Part shown: positions 19,373 to 30,055 of the stretch, in pieces
Numbering within the stretch: the stretch's first letter is position 1
Layout of the letters: the number at the start of each line of letters is the position of its first letter
Virus record (IMG/VR): IMGVR_UViG_3300028883_000032
Span: 1-64,000 of that record
DNA length: 64,000 nt
Strand: one strand, 5' to 3'
The notes under the pieces: generated by a model
Told to the model about the DNA's origin: nothing
Database searches by the model: none
The model's input: only the letters and a program-made list of their open reading frames with translations
Translations under genes and position numbers: made by a program

Positions 19373-20151
19373 TGTTTTATTCCGACAAATGGGCGTATTT
19401 TAGATTCCAAAGAACTGGATCAAAAATAATTGCTTGGATTCTAATTGAATTAGAAAATGGAGTTGAAAAAAAGGAAGAGCTGTTTACTACAGTAAGGGAA
19501 CCTGAAGCTCTTCGACATAAAGGAAAAGTTTGGATATCAAGTGTAAGACACCCACTCCCATGGAATCATTCTCATTATGACGATTATATATTTGGGCTTC
19601 AGAACCATGTAAGCAGGATATATAATTACCTTGAACCTGTATTTTATACGCCAACCGATCACCGCAATTTTGTAAATTTTGGTCAACATTTAGACTTACT
19701 TTATTCATGTGATCTTGATGAAGAATGGGTAACAGGTCACGGACATCACATAAACCCATATATAATGAATAGCCTAGGCATAGGAGTACAAACATATAAG
19801 TTTCTAGATATGTATTCTAAGTATCATCCGAGGCATTTTTTAGACTTGGGCTACACAATTGATGATTTGCTTGAAGACTATGATAACTATATGGCTATTG
19901 ACGACTTTATCATACACAGTGATGTAGAATTATTTGAGAACACTATGAGTACCCTTACTAGGTGTGGAATTAATTATTCAAATGAAGCTGTGCAGAGAGC
20001 AAAAAAAATGGTTAGAGATAACCCAAAGAGAGTAATTTCATATAAAAAACTATACACACCACAAACAGAAAAACTAGTTTTAGAAAAAGAGCAGTTTATT
20101 ATAAAGAAATTTTTTAAAAATGGATCACGAATTCGCACCCAAAATTATTAA
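19372..20151 (+). CDS. sulfotransferase family 2-like protein
   Basis: YFRFQRTGS and SSVRHP..W..S.Y motifs. Confidence 0.6.
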   Translation: MFYSDKWAYFRFQRTGSKIIAWILIELENGVEKKEELFTTVREPEALRHKGKVWISSVRHPLPWNHSHYDDYIFGLQNHVSRIYNYLEPVFYTPTDHRNFVNFGQHLDLLYSCDLDEEWVTGHGHHINPYIMNSLGIGVQTYKFLDMYSKYHPRHFLDLGYTIDDLLEDYDNYMAIDDFIIHSDVELFENTMSTLTRCGINYSNEAVQRAKKMVRDNPKRVISYKKLYTPQTEKLVLEKEQFIIKKFFKNGSRIRTQNY

Positions 20152-20557
20152 GATTCACAAGAACAAGGACAACAGGGGATTTTTTCAAGAAATACTGAAA
20201 ACCTCTCAAGTACCAGAAAAAATTGAGCAGATTTCTATCTCTGAAACTTATCCGGGAGTTATTAAGGCATTTCATAAACACGAACACCAATGGGATTATT
20301 GGTACTTGATATCGGGAAACATAGAGGCGAAGTTAGTTCATGAAAAGCACCAAATTCCCCTATCATACTATTTATCCGGGGACGACGATGTAATACTAGT
20401 AATACCCCCTTATTGGTACCACGGATACAAAGTTTTAGGTAACACTCCGGCAAAAATGCTATATATGGTTAGCACAGAATATAACCCTGATAGCCCAGAT
20501 GAAGAAAAGATATCTCCGTATTCTTATGGAGTTACGTGGGATACAGAAAACCGATGA
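20120..20557 (+). CDS. dTDP-4-dehydrorhamnose 3,5-epimerase-like cupin
   Basis: DNRGFFQEI, PGVIKAFHKH..QWD, IPP..YHG. Confidence 0.88.
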   Translation: MDHEFAPKIIKIHKNKDNRGFFQEILKTSQVPEKIEQISISETYPGVIKAFHKHEHQWDYWYLISGNIEAKLVHEKHQIPLSYYLSGDDDVILVIPPYWYHGYKVLGNTPAKMLYMVSTEYNPDSPDEEKISPYSYGVTWDTENR

Positions 20558-21318
20558 ATACTAAAATAAAAGATTTTTGGAATACAAGGTCTCTTGGTAA
20601 AAATCCGGGATCTGATGACTATCATATAAAAAATTTGGAGCTTAAAGCACTAATTAAAACTATACGCAGTATAGAAAACTCCCACAGCAATATCGCAGAT
20701 GTTGGGTGTGGAAACGGAGAAACACTTAACAAGCTGTGTGAGGTACTTAATTGTGCGGGTTTTGGGATAGATTATTCCAAAGGAATGGTTGATTCCGCAA
20801 ATAAGTTTGGCGGAGAAATGTTTGTAGAGGACGACATATCCGAAGACTTACAAAAGGACTATTTAGAGTCAAGTGTGGTTTATACGGAAAGATGCTTAAT
20901 AAACATATCACCAGAAAAAAGAAAAAAAGCTTTAGAGAATATTTATAAATTAGTAAAACCTAATGGATTTTATTTAATGATTGAAAGTTTTATCGAACCA
21001 TTAAATAGAATAAATGTAATAAGAGAAAAACTTAATCTGTATAGAATTGAACCTCCGTGGCATAACAGCTTTCTAAAAAGAGACGAAATAGTCAAATTAG
21101 CGACAGATTCGGGTTTTTCATTAATCGGAGAATACACATTCACAAGTTCCTACTACTTTTTGAGTAGAGTTGCTAATGCAAAGCTTTCAAATTTATTTGG
21201 CAGAACTCCCAAATACAACGACTTCTTAAATAATATAGGAGAGCACTTACCGTCTGTTGGGGATTTTGGTCCAGTAAAAATGTTAATTTGGGAGAAAGGT
21301 TGTCTTGAGAACAATTAA
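20554..21318 (+). CDS. class I SAM-dependent methyltransferase
   Basis: ADVGCGNG, GIDYSKGM, TERCLIN. Confidence 0.85.
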   Translation: MNTKIKDFWNTRSLGKNPGSDDYHIKNLELKALIKTIRSIENSHSNIADVGCGNGETLNKLCEVLNCAGFGIDYSKGMVDSANKFGGEMFVEDDISEDLQKDYLESSVVYTERCLINISPEKRKKALENIYKLVKPNGFYLMIESFIEPLNRINVIREKLNLYRIEPPWHNSFLKRDEIVKLATDSGFSLIGEYTFTSSYYFLSRVANAKLSNLFGRTPKYNDFLNNIGEHLPSVGDFGPVKMLIWEKGCLENN

Positions 21319-22405
21319 TTTATATAATCCAAACCTACAACTCCAAGATAAATTAGCAGTAATGGAAGCCCTTAATCTAGATTGGAGTTCTGGACAATAC
21401 TATAAACCGATAGAGCAGTTTGAAGCCGCTTTTGCAAATCGTGTGGGTCGCAAGTATGCGCTAATGACACCAAATTGTACAATAGCAATTGAACTTGCTT
21501 TACGAGCTCGCGGTATAAAAAAAGACAATTTGGTGGCCGTCCCAAACAATACATGGATAGGAAGCACAGCAGGGATACACACTGTTGGAGCTTCTCAAGT
21601 TGTGTGTGATGTTGGGCAACGAAGTTGGTGTTTAGAGGTAACTAATCTTATAGAAGCTGATTATAGATTAAACGCAGTGGTGGTTGTAGATTTATTTGGA
21701 CAAATGCCGGACTATAATTCATTATTAAATTATACAGAAAAACACGGCATATTCGTAATTGAAGACGCTGCGGAAGCATTAGGTTCAACATATAATGGAA
21801 AACCCGCTGGCTCTTTTGGGGATGTTAGTGTCTTCAGTTTTCATCGTTCAAAAACCATCGCTTGTGGAGAAGGTGGAATGGTAGTAACAGATAACGACAA
21901 ACTTTACGAGATGATGTGGACACTGCGCGATCAAGGCAGACCAAAAAGTTGCGAAACCTATAAAAATGAATACCTAGCACATAAATTTATTCCATCAAAT
22001 ATGCAGGCAGCTCTAGGATTAAGCCAGCTTATGAGGTTAGACAGCATTCTAGAACATAAGAGAAGGGTATTTAGGTGGTACCATAAACACATCAATATGG
22101 ACGACAAGTCTCTAACTCCTGATATCCCAGGAGTAAGTAATTCATATTGGGTACCTATTTTAGTATTTAAGGATAACACAATTAATACTGATTTTGTAAT
22201 TAACACATTAGCGAAAAATGGAATTTACACCAGGCGGTGTTTCTACCAACTATCAGAATTACCAGCATACTCAAGAATAGGGTTTTTTAGAAATAATACG
22301 CCTAATTGTAAATGGTTACAAGACCATGCCATTAATTTACCATCTCCGATGGATTTAACAGAAGAAGATGTCGAAAGGATAGCAGGAGTAATCAATATAT
22401 TATGA
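21305..22405 (+). CDS. DegT/DnrJ/EryC1/StrS sugar aminotransferase (perosamine synthase-like)
   Basis: IEDAAEALGS, SFHRSKTIACGEGG. Confidence 0.92.
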   Translation: MRTINLYNPNLQLQDKLAVMEALNLDWSSGQYYKPIEQFEAAFANRVGRKYALMTPNCTIAIELALRARGIKKDNLVAVPNNTWIGSTAGIHTVGASQVVCDVGQRSWCLEVTNLIEADYRLNAVVVVDLFGQMPDYNSLLNYTEKHGIFVIEDAAEALGSTYNGKPAGSFGDVSVFSFHRSKTIACGEGGMVVTDNDKLYEMMWTLRDQGRPKSCETYKNEYLAHKFIPSNMQAALGLSQLMRLDSILEHKRRVFRWYHKHINMDDKSLTPDIPGVSNSYWVPILVFKDNTINTDFVINTLAKNGIYTRRCFYQLSELPAYSRIGFFRNNTPNCKWLQDHAINLPSPMDLTEEDVERIAGVINIL

Positions 22406-22977
22406 AAGTTCAGCTAGGGGCGGGCGATGACCCCAAGAGGGGTTATACAAACGTAGATTTATATGAAACAATCCCAGATGGAGATTATACATACATCTCT
22501 AAAGATATTTTTGAATTTTTGGAAGAAACACCTGATAATTCACTAGATGAAATTTATGCTAAATGGTTATTTGAACACATCGCTTTTCCTGATGAGGAGC
22601 GTTTGTGGAGAGAATGTTACAGAACTCTTAAGCCGGGAGGGAAATTACAAATATATGTACCAGATTTTGAATTTTTATGTGAGCGCTTTCTCAAGGCTAA
22701 AGAAGGATTTAAGGGGTTCTATAAACTGACTACACCGGACGACCCAGCTTACGGTTTTGGGTTTGGCTACGATCGTGAAATAGAAAATAGGTGGGGTACT
22801 CTTATGGTATTTATGTTTGGAGTTCAAACCAACCCAGGACAATTTCACAGGAATGCCTATACAGAACAAAGAGTAATAGATATATTTAATTACATTGGAT
22901 TCACTAATATTGAAACCAACCTTGTAATGGAACGAAATATTAGAAACGTAGATGCAATAGGAATTAAACCGGAATAA
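22402..22977 (+). CDS. class I SAM-dependent methyltransferase (paralogue of 16431-16979)
   Basis: QLGAG, FEHI, RTLKPGG..VPDFEF; shares RWG..FG.Q.N.G..H.NAYT with 16431. Confidence 0.85.
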   Translation: MKVQLGAGDDPKRGYTNVDLYETIPDGDYTYISKDIFEFLEETPDNSLDEIYAKWLFEHIAFPDEERLWRECYRTLKPGGKLQIYVPDFEFLCERFLKAKEGFKGFYKLTTPDDPAYGFGFGYDREIENRWGTLMVFMFGVQTNPGQFHRNAYTEQRVIDIFNYIGFTNIETNLVMERNIRNVDAIGIKPE

Positions 22978-22992
22978 CAGATTAGTAATACT

Positions 22993-23424
22993 ATGGAAAA
23001 GCCAACTACTATTAAGGACGTAAAACTAATTGAGTTTAATCAAATCAAAGAGAATAACGGAACTCTAGTACCAATAGAGGACTTTGAGCTTCCATTTGAA
23101 ATTAAACGCACATTTTACGTCTATAAAGTAGACTCAAACGACCTTAGAGGACAGCATGCTCACAAACAAGGAGAGCAAGTTCTAATATGTTTGGGAGGCA
23201 CTTTAGTATGTATGGTAGACGACGGGGTGGATAGAAAACATTTTGTTTTGGATTCACCAACGCAAGGTTTGTACATTCCAAAAATGATATGGGATGAACA
23301 GATATACATATCCAAAGACACTTTAATGCTATCGTTAGCAAACAACAACTACGACTCCGAGGACTACATACTAAACTATAAAGAATTCCGACAATTAAAA
23401 ACAGAAAATAATGAAAATGGCTGA
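22993..23424 (+). CDS. FdtA/QdtA-family sugar 3,4-ketoisomerase
   Basis: PFEIKRTFYVY, RGQHAHK, GLYIP.MIW. Confidence 0.9.
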   Translation: MEKPTTIKDVKLIEFNQIKENNGTLVPIEDFELPFEIKRTFYVYKVDSNDLRGQHAHKQGEQVLICLGGTLVCMVDDGVDRKHFVLDSPTQGLYIPKMIWDEQIYISKDTLMLSLANNNYDSEDYILNYKEFRQLKTENNENG

Positions 23425-24265
23425 ACAAACAACAGTTTTGGTGCTAGGAAGCAAAGGCTACATAGGATCCAGAATATTACAACAACTAAAAAAAGAACAG
23501 TCTGCTTTTAAAGTTGTTGAAGATGGTCGTGAATACGACCTCTTGGAATTGCAGCAGGTACAAAAGCTGTATGATAAACAACACATCGATGAGGTTATTG
23601 TAGCAGCTGGAGTAGGAAACCGAGCTTCAGACAGAGATTCTATGTGGGCTATGATGGAAAACATACAAATTACAGCCAATGTTCTTTACACCTTTGGCGG
23701 AAATTGTAATATTGTATACCTAGGAACAGGATTAGACGACAAGTATGAGGGTTCTTATTATCAAAGAGTAAAGCACATATGCAGACTAATGACTGCTGAC
23801 TTGTGTAAGAACGAAGGTTTGGGGGATGTTACCCATGTGAGGCTATTCCATGTATACGGGCCAAACGAGCCAAAATACAGATTAATACCCTTTATAGTTA
23901 ACCAAATAAATACTAAAGGCGTTGTTAACTTGGAGCGTAATATTTGTATAGACCCGCTACATGTAGATGAAATATGCAAAACTATATGTAATTACGTCCG
24001 TCGCGGACACGACAAAGTACAAAATGTATGGAATGTGGGTACAGGGACCGGAACATTAATTAGTGATCTAGCAAAACAAATTGCTGTAATTATGGGAAAA
24101 CCCGAAACGCCTATAATCTGTAACCCGTACTGTGTATCACACCATAATTATGTTCCCGAGGGACCCTACTTAAATCAAAGGGAACTACAACCAGAAGAGC
24201 ACATTTGGCTAGAGGAAGCATTGCCAGAAATTGTGACATCATATACCAAAACATACCATGAGTAA
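23411..24265 (+). CDS. NAD-dependent epimerase/dehydratase
   Basis: GSKGYIG, YxxxK, RLFHVYGP. Confidence 0.82.
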   Translation: MKMAEQTTVLVLGSKGYIGSRILQQLKKEQSAFKVVEDGREYDLLELQQVQKLYDKQHIDEVIVAAGVGNRASDRDSMWAMMENIQITANVLYTFGGNCNIVYLGTGLDDKYEGSYYQRVKHICRLMTADLCKNEGLGDVTHVRLFHVYGPNEPKYRLIPFIVNQINTKGVVNLERNICIDPLHVDEICKTICNYVRRGHDKVQNVWNVGTGTGTLISDLAKQIAVIMGKPETPIICNPYCVSHHNYVPEGPYLNQRELQPEEHIWLEEALPEIVTSYTKTYHE

Positions 24266-25217
24266 ATTAGTAATAACCGGAGGATTGGGCCACATAGGAT
24301 CTGTAATATTAGCTAAACTATCCAATTTACGCGATTCCGGTAGAGGCTTTAGCGAAATAGTCATTATTGATGCATGTTTACAAAGACAAGAAACAGTATT
24401 CTTTGATAGTAATATCCCGTTGAGAAATTTTAAATTAATACAAAAAGTATTACCAACAGACAATATAGATGATGTGGTGGAAGTGCTGGATGGGGCGGAT
24501 GCCGTTATACATTTAGCAGCTGTTACTGATGCCCCAAGCACCTTTGAAAGACCCGAATATACGAGGATAACAAATGTTGATTCCACAAAACAACTTGTAA
24601 ATGCATGTGAAAAGGTGGGAGTGAAAAAATTTGTGTTTGCGTCGTCTACAAGTATATACGGGCCCTCCAAGAAAGTAAACTTAGAAAACGATGCATGCAT
24701 AAACCCACAAACCCCGTATGCCAGATCAAAGTTAGCCGCGGAGGATTTAGTATCCAAAACTGATATGAACTACGCAACATTCAGAATGGGTACAATATAT
24801 GGCTACACTCCCGGTATGCGTTTTCATACCGCTGTAAATAGGTTTATTTGGCAAGCTATAACCAAACAGCCAATCACCATCTGGTCAGGGGCAGCGGACA
24901 GTGTTAGGCCATATTGCCACGTGTATGCAGCATGTGAGGCTATGCTTCGATTTGTGTCACCAGTAAAGGATACCAAATCTGGAATCTATAATATAGTCTC
25001 TGATCACTATACCCCCAACTCCATAATTGAAGTTATCAAACAGGAGATCCCAAACGTAGAAGTGATAACAACCCCAACAAGAATACTTAACCAAGATTCT
25101 TATTTTGCACCTAATGATAAAGCCAATCAAGCCGGTTTATTGAAACAAGAATATGTGGGAAATACTGACCACTTATTAGATTACATTCGCTACATCAAAA
25201 CCAAGTTTGAAGGATGA
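24258..25217 (+). CDS. NAD-dependent epimerase/dehydratase
   Basis: TGGLGHIGS, HLAA, SSTSIYG, YARSK. Confidence 0.9.
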   Translation: MSKLVITGGLGHIGSVILAKLSNLRDSGRGFSEIVIIDACLQRQETVFFDSNIPLRNFKLIQKVLPTDNIDDVVEVLDGADAVIHLAAVTDAPSTFERPEYTRITNVDSTKQLVNACEKVGVKKFVFASSTSIYGPSKKVNLENDACINPQTPYARSKLAAEDLVSKTDMNYATFRMGTIYGYTPGMRFHTAVNRFIWQAITKQPITIWSGAADSVRPYCHVYAACEAMLRFVSPVKDTKSGIYNIVSDHYTPNSIIEVIKQEIPNVEVITTPTRILNQDSYFAPNDKANQAGLLKQEYVGNTDHLLDYIRYIKTKFEG

Positions 25218-26308
25218 TATTAACAAGTAGGCCTTGTATAGGCAAAGAAGAACAAGATGCGGCTATGAGGGTTTTAAAAAGTGGATGGTATATACACGGT
25301 CAAGAACTAGAATCATTTGAAAAAGAATTCGGAGAATATCACTCAACACATTGGTGGGGTAAAGAAGCCGTTGGAGTAAGTAATGGCACAGCCGCGCTAT
25401 TTTTAACTTTGCAGGCATACGGTGTTGGTCCGGGTGACGAGGTTATAGTACCTGAAGTGACTGCATTTCCTACAGCAGAAGCTGTCTGGCAATGTGGAGC
25501 GACTCCCGTTCCTGCCGCCGTTCATCCACATTCAAAATTACTTGACTTTCGTACAATAAAAGATTATACTACAAGTAGAACTAAAGCAATTATAGGTGTA
25601 CATTTATATGGGCAACCTTTACAAACAGTTGACTTTTATCAATTTGCACGTTCAGAAAATCTAATTTTTATTGAAGATTGTGCACAAGCTTTTGGAGCAA
25701 AATTAAACGATTTTCCCGTTGGTCTTTGTAGCGATGCCTCGTGCTTTTCTTTCTATCCTACCAAAAATATTACAGCTGCAGGGGATGGAGGAGCGGTTAT
25801 TTGCACACCAAAAATCGCTGACAAAATTAAGAAGTTAAGAAACCACGGAATAGTAAATTGTACTTGGGACCACACTGAAGTTGGTTGGAACTTCAGGATG
25901 AGTGAGCTGTCTGCGGCTATTTTAAGAGAACAGCTAAAAAAAGTAGACTGGTTTATTGAAGAACGCAGGAAACTAGCATTTAATTACATTGATTTGTTAT
26001 CTACGTTTCAACCATACAATAATGGGTCGAAAGCGGACAGATATATAATCCCCAAAACTTATACTCCGGGAGCCAAACACTCTTATCACTTATTTGTGAT
26101 TCAAGCAAGAAACATACGCGATTTAATGTGTACGGAAGATAATTTCAGCCTTATTGATGTAAAACCCGGGTATCATTATCCGTATACTATTACATCAAAT
26201 CGAGATAAACCAATTCAAAGTATAGACAACTTTAATTGTATTAGCCTTCCTTTGTATGTAGGCTTAACAGAAAAAGAGCAAGAACTAATAGTAAACCACA
26301 TATTTTAA
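25214..26308 (+). CDS. DegT/DnrJ/EryC1/StrS sugar aminotransferase
   Basis: SNGTAAL, IEDCAQAFG, SFYPTKNITAAGDGG. Confidence 0.92.
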   Translation: MILTSRPCIGKEEQDAAMRVLKSGWYIHGQELESFEKEFGEYHSTHWWGKEAVGVSNGTAALFLTLQAYGVGPGDEVIVPEVTAFPTAEAVWQCGATPVPAAVHPHSKLLDFRTIKDYTTSRTKAIIGVHLYGQPLQTVDFYQFARSENLIFIEDCAQAFGAKLNDFPVGLCSDASCFSFYPTKNITAAGDGGAVICTPKIADKIKKLRNHGIVNCTWDHTEVGWNFRMSELSAAILREQLKKVDWFIEERRKLAFNYIDLLSTFQPYNNGSKADRYIIPKTYTPGAKHSYHLFVIQARNIRDLMCTEDNFSLIDVKPGYHYPYTITSNRDKPIQSIDNFNCISLPLYVGLTEKEQELIVNHIF

Positions 26309-26634
26309 TGATTTATACAACATACTTTGGTAGTGGAAAATCTCATGGAGACAAGATCTCCATTGCTAGGACACATCCAGAGGGTAAGTATGAAGAATTC
26401 CCCTCGTTATTTCCCAGTTGGGAAATGATACGTGAGCACAAAAGCGGAGGAATGGACGACGAGGAGTACACTTGGTTATATAACGAGGTTTTACAAAGTC
26501 TAGATGTGATAGAGTTAGCAGAGTACTTTGATGAAAAAACACTAATGTGCTGGTGTAAGCGTGGTAAATTCTGTCATAGACATCTTGTAGCAAAGTGGTT
26601 TAAAGATGCCGGATATGATGTAGCAGAGCTGTAA
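26308..26634 (+). CDS. DUF488-family protein
   Basis: IYTTYF, SIART.P, LFPSW, LMCWC..FCHRHLV. Confidence 0.75.
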   Translation: MIYTTYFGSGKSHGDKISIARTHPEGKYEEFPSLFPSWEMIREHKSGGMDDEEYTWLYNEVLQSLDVIELAEYFDEKTLMCWCKRGKFCHRHLVAKWFKDAGYDVAEL

Positions 26635-27128
26635 TGCGTAAGAAATCTAATAAGCGGGGACAACGAGGTAAATACCTAGAATCATTTGTTAATAAGGTGA
26701 ATATGAAGTATCGGCGAGAGAAATTAGCAATGATTAGAAGGATAGATGTGCCCATACGCATGACTAACTTTGGTTATCAGCGTACTTTATCTACTGTAGA
26801 CTTTGAAGGAGTTGTTAAGAAAAACAATGTTGGTATTGCTGTAGCTTTTGATGCAAAACAGACTACCAGCAAAACATCGTTTCCATTAAGTAATATACAC
26901 CAGCATCAGCTGGACTACTTACTATTGGTAGAAGAACTTTGTGGAATTGCTTTTTTCTTAATAATGTTTACAGAAGTAGATGATCAAAAGGCTTATAAGG
27001 TTTCTCCAAAAGTAGTAAAAAAATATTGGGATGCTTGGAAAGATAATAAAGGAAGAGCGAGTATTCCGATAAGCAAGTTAAAAAAGGAATGGTTAGTTCC
27101 AGTAACTGACTATTTAACCATATTATAA
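26634..27128 (+). CDS. recU: RecU-like Holliday junction resolvase
   Basis: RGKYLE, STVDFEG, FDAKQT, FPLSNIHQHQLDYL. Confidence 0.85.
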   Translation: MRKKSNKRGQRGKYLESFVNKVNMKYRREKLAMIRRIDVPIRMTNFGYQRTLSTVDFEGVVKKNNVGIAVAFDAKQTTSKTSFPLSNIHQHQLDYLLLVEELCGIAFFLIMFTEVDDQKAYKVSPKVVKKYWDAWKDNKGRASIPISKLKKEWLVPVTDYLTIL

Positions 27129-27129
27129 A

Positions 27130-27411
27130 ATGTTCAAAGAACAGTATTACAGAGACAAGGTGTTGGGGATAGGTACTACCTCTGGGGTTATTTTGTTGTG
27201 TAGAATGGTTAACAGGGGAGTATCTAAAGAGGAAAAAGATATAGTTTCTCTATCCCCATTAAAGCCATCAGAAATAGAACAAATGATGAAAATAGAAGAG
27301 ATACAACCACTATTACCGGTTAAGTTCCCAATGGATATGAGAGAATCACTAATTACAAATGTGGCGTTATTAGAACTTCCGCCTGAAGAAAAAGAAAAGA
27401 AAAAGAAATGA
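27130..27411 (+). CDS. hypothetical protein
   Basis: 93-aa ORF between recU and dut. Confidence 0.6.
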   Translation: MFKEQYYRDKVLGIGTTSGVILLCRMVNRGVSKEEKDIVSLSPLKPSEIEQMMKIEEIQPLLPVKFPMDMRESLITNVALLELPPEEKEKKKK

Positions 27412-27866
27412 ATGCAAAATTAATTGTAGCCTATAAATTAACAAACACCATGGCTATAGCTCCAACAAAGAAATCACATGGGGACGACGAGGCCTATACC
27501 GCAGGATTTGATCTATATGTTCCAAAAAATATCAAATGCCGCGTTAATACAAACTCACATACAAGGATAGACATTGGCGTTGCGTTTAGCATTCCAAAAG
27601 GATACATGGGATTAGTAAAACTAAGATCTGGTTTTGCAAATAGAACAGGTTGCGTACAACCTGCTGGGGTAATAGATGCTAATTATAGGGGAAACATTAT
27701 AATTCCTATTGTAAATCCCACTAATCACATAGTTGACATAAAACCTGGTGAAGGTTTTGCACAAATGATTATTTTCCCAATACCTGAGATACATCTAGTT
27801 GAAGTAGACGATTTAGACGCCACCAACAGAGGATCTCAAGGTTTTGGTTCAACAGATAAGGATTAA
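27408..27866 (+). CDS. dut: dUTP diphosphatase (trimeric)
   Basis: AGFDLY, RSG, GVIDANYRG, AQM, RGSQGFGST. Confidence 0.95.
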   Translation: MNAKLIVAYKLTNTMAIAPTKKSHGDDEAYTAGFDLYVPKNIKCRVNTNSHTRIDIGVAFSIPKGYMGLVKLRSGFANRTGCVQPAGVIDANYRGNIIIPIVNPTNHIVDIKPGEGFAQMIIFPIPEIHLVEVDDLDATNRGSQGFGSTDKD

Positions 27867-27872
27867 TTAGTA

Positions 27873-29726
27873 ATGAATCTTGCCAGTCAAATTTTATCAG
27901 ACATTACGGTGCATATGAAATATGCGCGATACATCCCAGAACTTAATCGCAGGGAAACCTGGGATGAGATCGTAACACGAAATAAAAATATGCATCTTAA
28001 GAAATTTCCAGACTTGGCAGACGAAATCGAGGAAGCTTATACTTTCGTATACGACAAAAAAATACTACCATCTATGCGATCACTACAATTTGGTGGTAAA
28101 CCTATTGAAATAAGCCCTAACAGAATTTATAATTGCAGTTTTGCTCCAATTGATGATTGGCGTGTATTTCATGAAATAATGTTTCTCTTATTAGGTGGGA
28201 CGGGAGTTGGTATTTCTGTACAAAGACACCATGTGGAACAGCTACCTGAAATTGTTAAACCCAACCCACAACGTAAACGCAGATTTCTAATAGGAGATAG
28301 CATAGAGGGGTGGGCTGACGCAGTAAAGGTTTTAATGAAATCGTATTTTTTTGGTGGAAGTACTATTATATTTGATTTTGACGACATTAGACCAAAAGGG
28401 GCTAGATTGGTAACCAGTGGAGGAAAGGCGCCAGGACCACAACCTCTAAAAGAGTGCTTGGTTAAAATAAGAGGCATTCTTGATGAAAAAAATGCTGGGG
28501 ATCAATTAAAACCAATTGAAGCATATGATATAGTTTGTCATATTGCAGACGCCGTATTAGCTGGAGGGATACGCAGAGCAGCATTAATAACACTATTTAG
28601 TGCAACTGATATCGAAATGCTTACAGCTAAAAGTGGTAACTGGAGTGAAAGAAATCCACAAAGAGCCAGATCAAATAATTCCGCAGTATTACTGAGGAGT
28701 TTAATTACTAAAAAATTCTTTGATGCAGTTTGGGACCGTATCATACATAGTGGTTCTGGGGAACCCGGAGTATATTTTACAAACGATAAAGAATGGGGAG
28801 CAAATCCTTGTGTAGAAATAGGTCTGAGGCCTTTTCAGTTTTGTAACTTAGTAACTATAAATTCTAGTAGCTTAGAGTCACAAATTGATTTTAATGACAG
28901 AGCAAGAGCCGCAGCATTTATTGCTACACTTCAGGCATCATATACAGATTTTCACTATCTAAGACCGGTATGGCAACGTACAACAGAAAAAGAAGCTCTA
29001 ATAGGGGTGTCGTTAACCGGAATAGCAGATAAAACAGTATACAGATTTAATAAAGAAGAAGCAGCGATAGTAGTAAAGTCCGAAAATTCAAGAACAGCAA
29101 AGCTAATCGGGATAAATACCGCCGCAAGAACCACCTGTGGTAAACCGGAAGGAACATCTTCTCTAGTCCTAGGTAGTTCTAGCGGATGGGGACGTAGGTC
29201 AGCAAAGAGGTATATCAGAAGATTAAGAATTGGTAAAAATGAAAGCTTATACCCATATTTGTTAGAAAACCACCCAGAATTGGTTGAGGATGAATATTTT
29301 TCTCCACACGACACCGCAGTAATATCAGTACCTCAAGAATCACCATGGGGAGCAATTACTGAAGAAACTGCTTTAGAGTTTATGGAGAGAATAAAAGAGG
29401 GCTATCTGACATGGGTTAAACCAGGACACAGATCTGGATTAAATACCAACAACATTTCTGCCACAGTATTCGTAAAGCCCAAGGAATGGGAATCTGTCGG
29501 TAATTGGATGTGGGAAAATAGGGAGTACTACTGTGGACTCACAGTTCTTCCTCACGACGGCGGGACTTATAAACAAATGCCATTCGAAGAATGTGACAAA
29601 GATACCTATGATAAAATGTTCTCCGTATTACAGGAAATCGATTTAACTAAAATAGTGGAACTATCTGATAATACTGACCTAAAAGGAGAAATTGCTTGTT
29701 CGGGAGGTTCATGCGAATTGGTATGA
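27873..29726 (+). CDS. nrdJ: class II (B12-dependent) ribonucleotide reductase
   Basis: RRETWDE, LPSMRSL, YNCSF, GGIRRAA, NPCVEI, KPEGTSS, C-terminal CSGGSC. Confidence 0.92.
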   Translation: MNLASQILSDITVHMKYARYIPELNRRETWDEIVTRNKNMHLKKFPDLADEIEEAYTFVYDKKILPSMRSLQFGGKPIEISPNRIYNCSFAPIDDWRVFHEIMFLLLGGTGVGISVQRHHVEQLPEIVKPNPQRKRRFLIGDSIEGWADAVKVLMKSYFFGGSTIIFDFDDIRPKGARLVTSGGKAPGPQPLKECLVKIRGILDEKNAGDQLKPIEAYDIVCHIADAVLAGGIRRAALITLFSATDIEMLTAKSGNWSERNPQRARSNNSAVLLRSLITKKFFDAVWDRIIHSGSGEPGVYFTNDKEWGANPCVEIGLRPFQFCNLVTINSSSLESQIDFNDRARAAAFIATLQASYTDFHYLRPVWQRTTEKEALIGVSLTGIADKTVYRFNKEEAAIVVKSENSRTAKLIGINTAARTTCGKPEGTSSLVLGSSSGWGRRSAKRYIRRLRIGKNESLYPYLLENHPELVEDEYFSPHDTAVISVPQESPWGAITEETALEFMERIKEGYLTWVKPGHRSGLNTNNISATVFVKPKEWESVGNWMWENREYYCGLTVLPHDGGTYKQMPFEECDKDTYDKMFSVLQEIDLTKIVELSDNTDLKGEIACSGGSCELV

Positions 29727-29935
29727 ACTGGAAACTAAGTGGCAAAGAAGGTTTTGGTATATTAATAAGTTGTCCAAAATGCCGGTCAATAAGTAAAATG
29801 ACACAAACAAGGTATGATGACACATATGAAATTAAGCACCAAAGGACATGCCCTGGTTGTAAAACCACATTTAATGAAATGCACTCACCTATCATGGAGT
29901 CATACCCACAATCTACATGGATAAGAAAAACCTAA
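29723..29935 (+). CDS. small zinc-ribbon protein
   Basis: CPKC..CPGC pairs. Confidence 0.5.
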   Translation: MNWKLSGKEGFGILISCPKCRSISKMTQTRYDDTYEIKHQRTCPGCKTTFNEMHSPIMESYPQSTWIRKT

Positions 29936-30055
29936 ACAGGAGATTTAATATCCAAACACCTTGATCTCCGTCAAGGGGAACATATTAGTACAATCCTGGT
30001 AAATATGGAATAAGATTATGCCAACGGTTCTATATTATTATAACCAACATTACAA

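Noticed and set aside
9785-26308. Bacterial O-antigen/capsule locus implying a cellular contig
   Set aside because: No wzx/wzy/ABC exporter or initiating transferase; flanked by phage-type genes and scattered tRNAs, with no housekeeping operons
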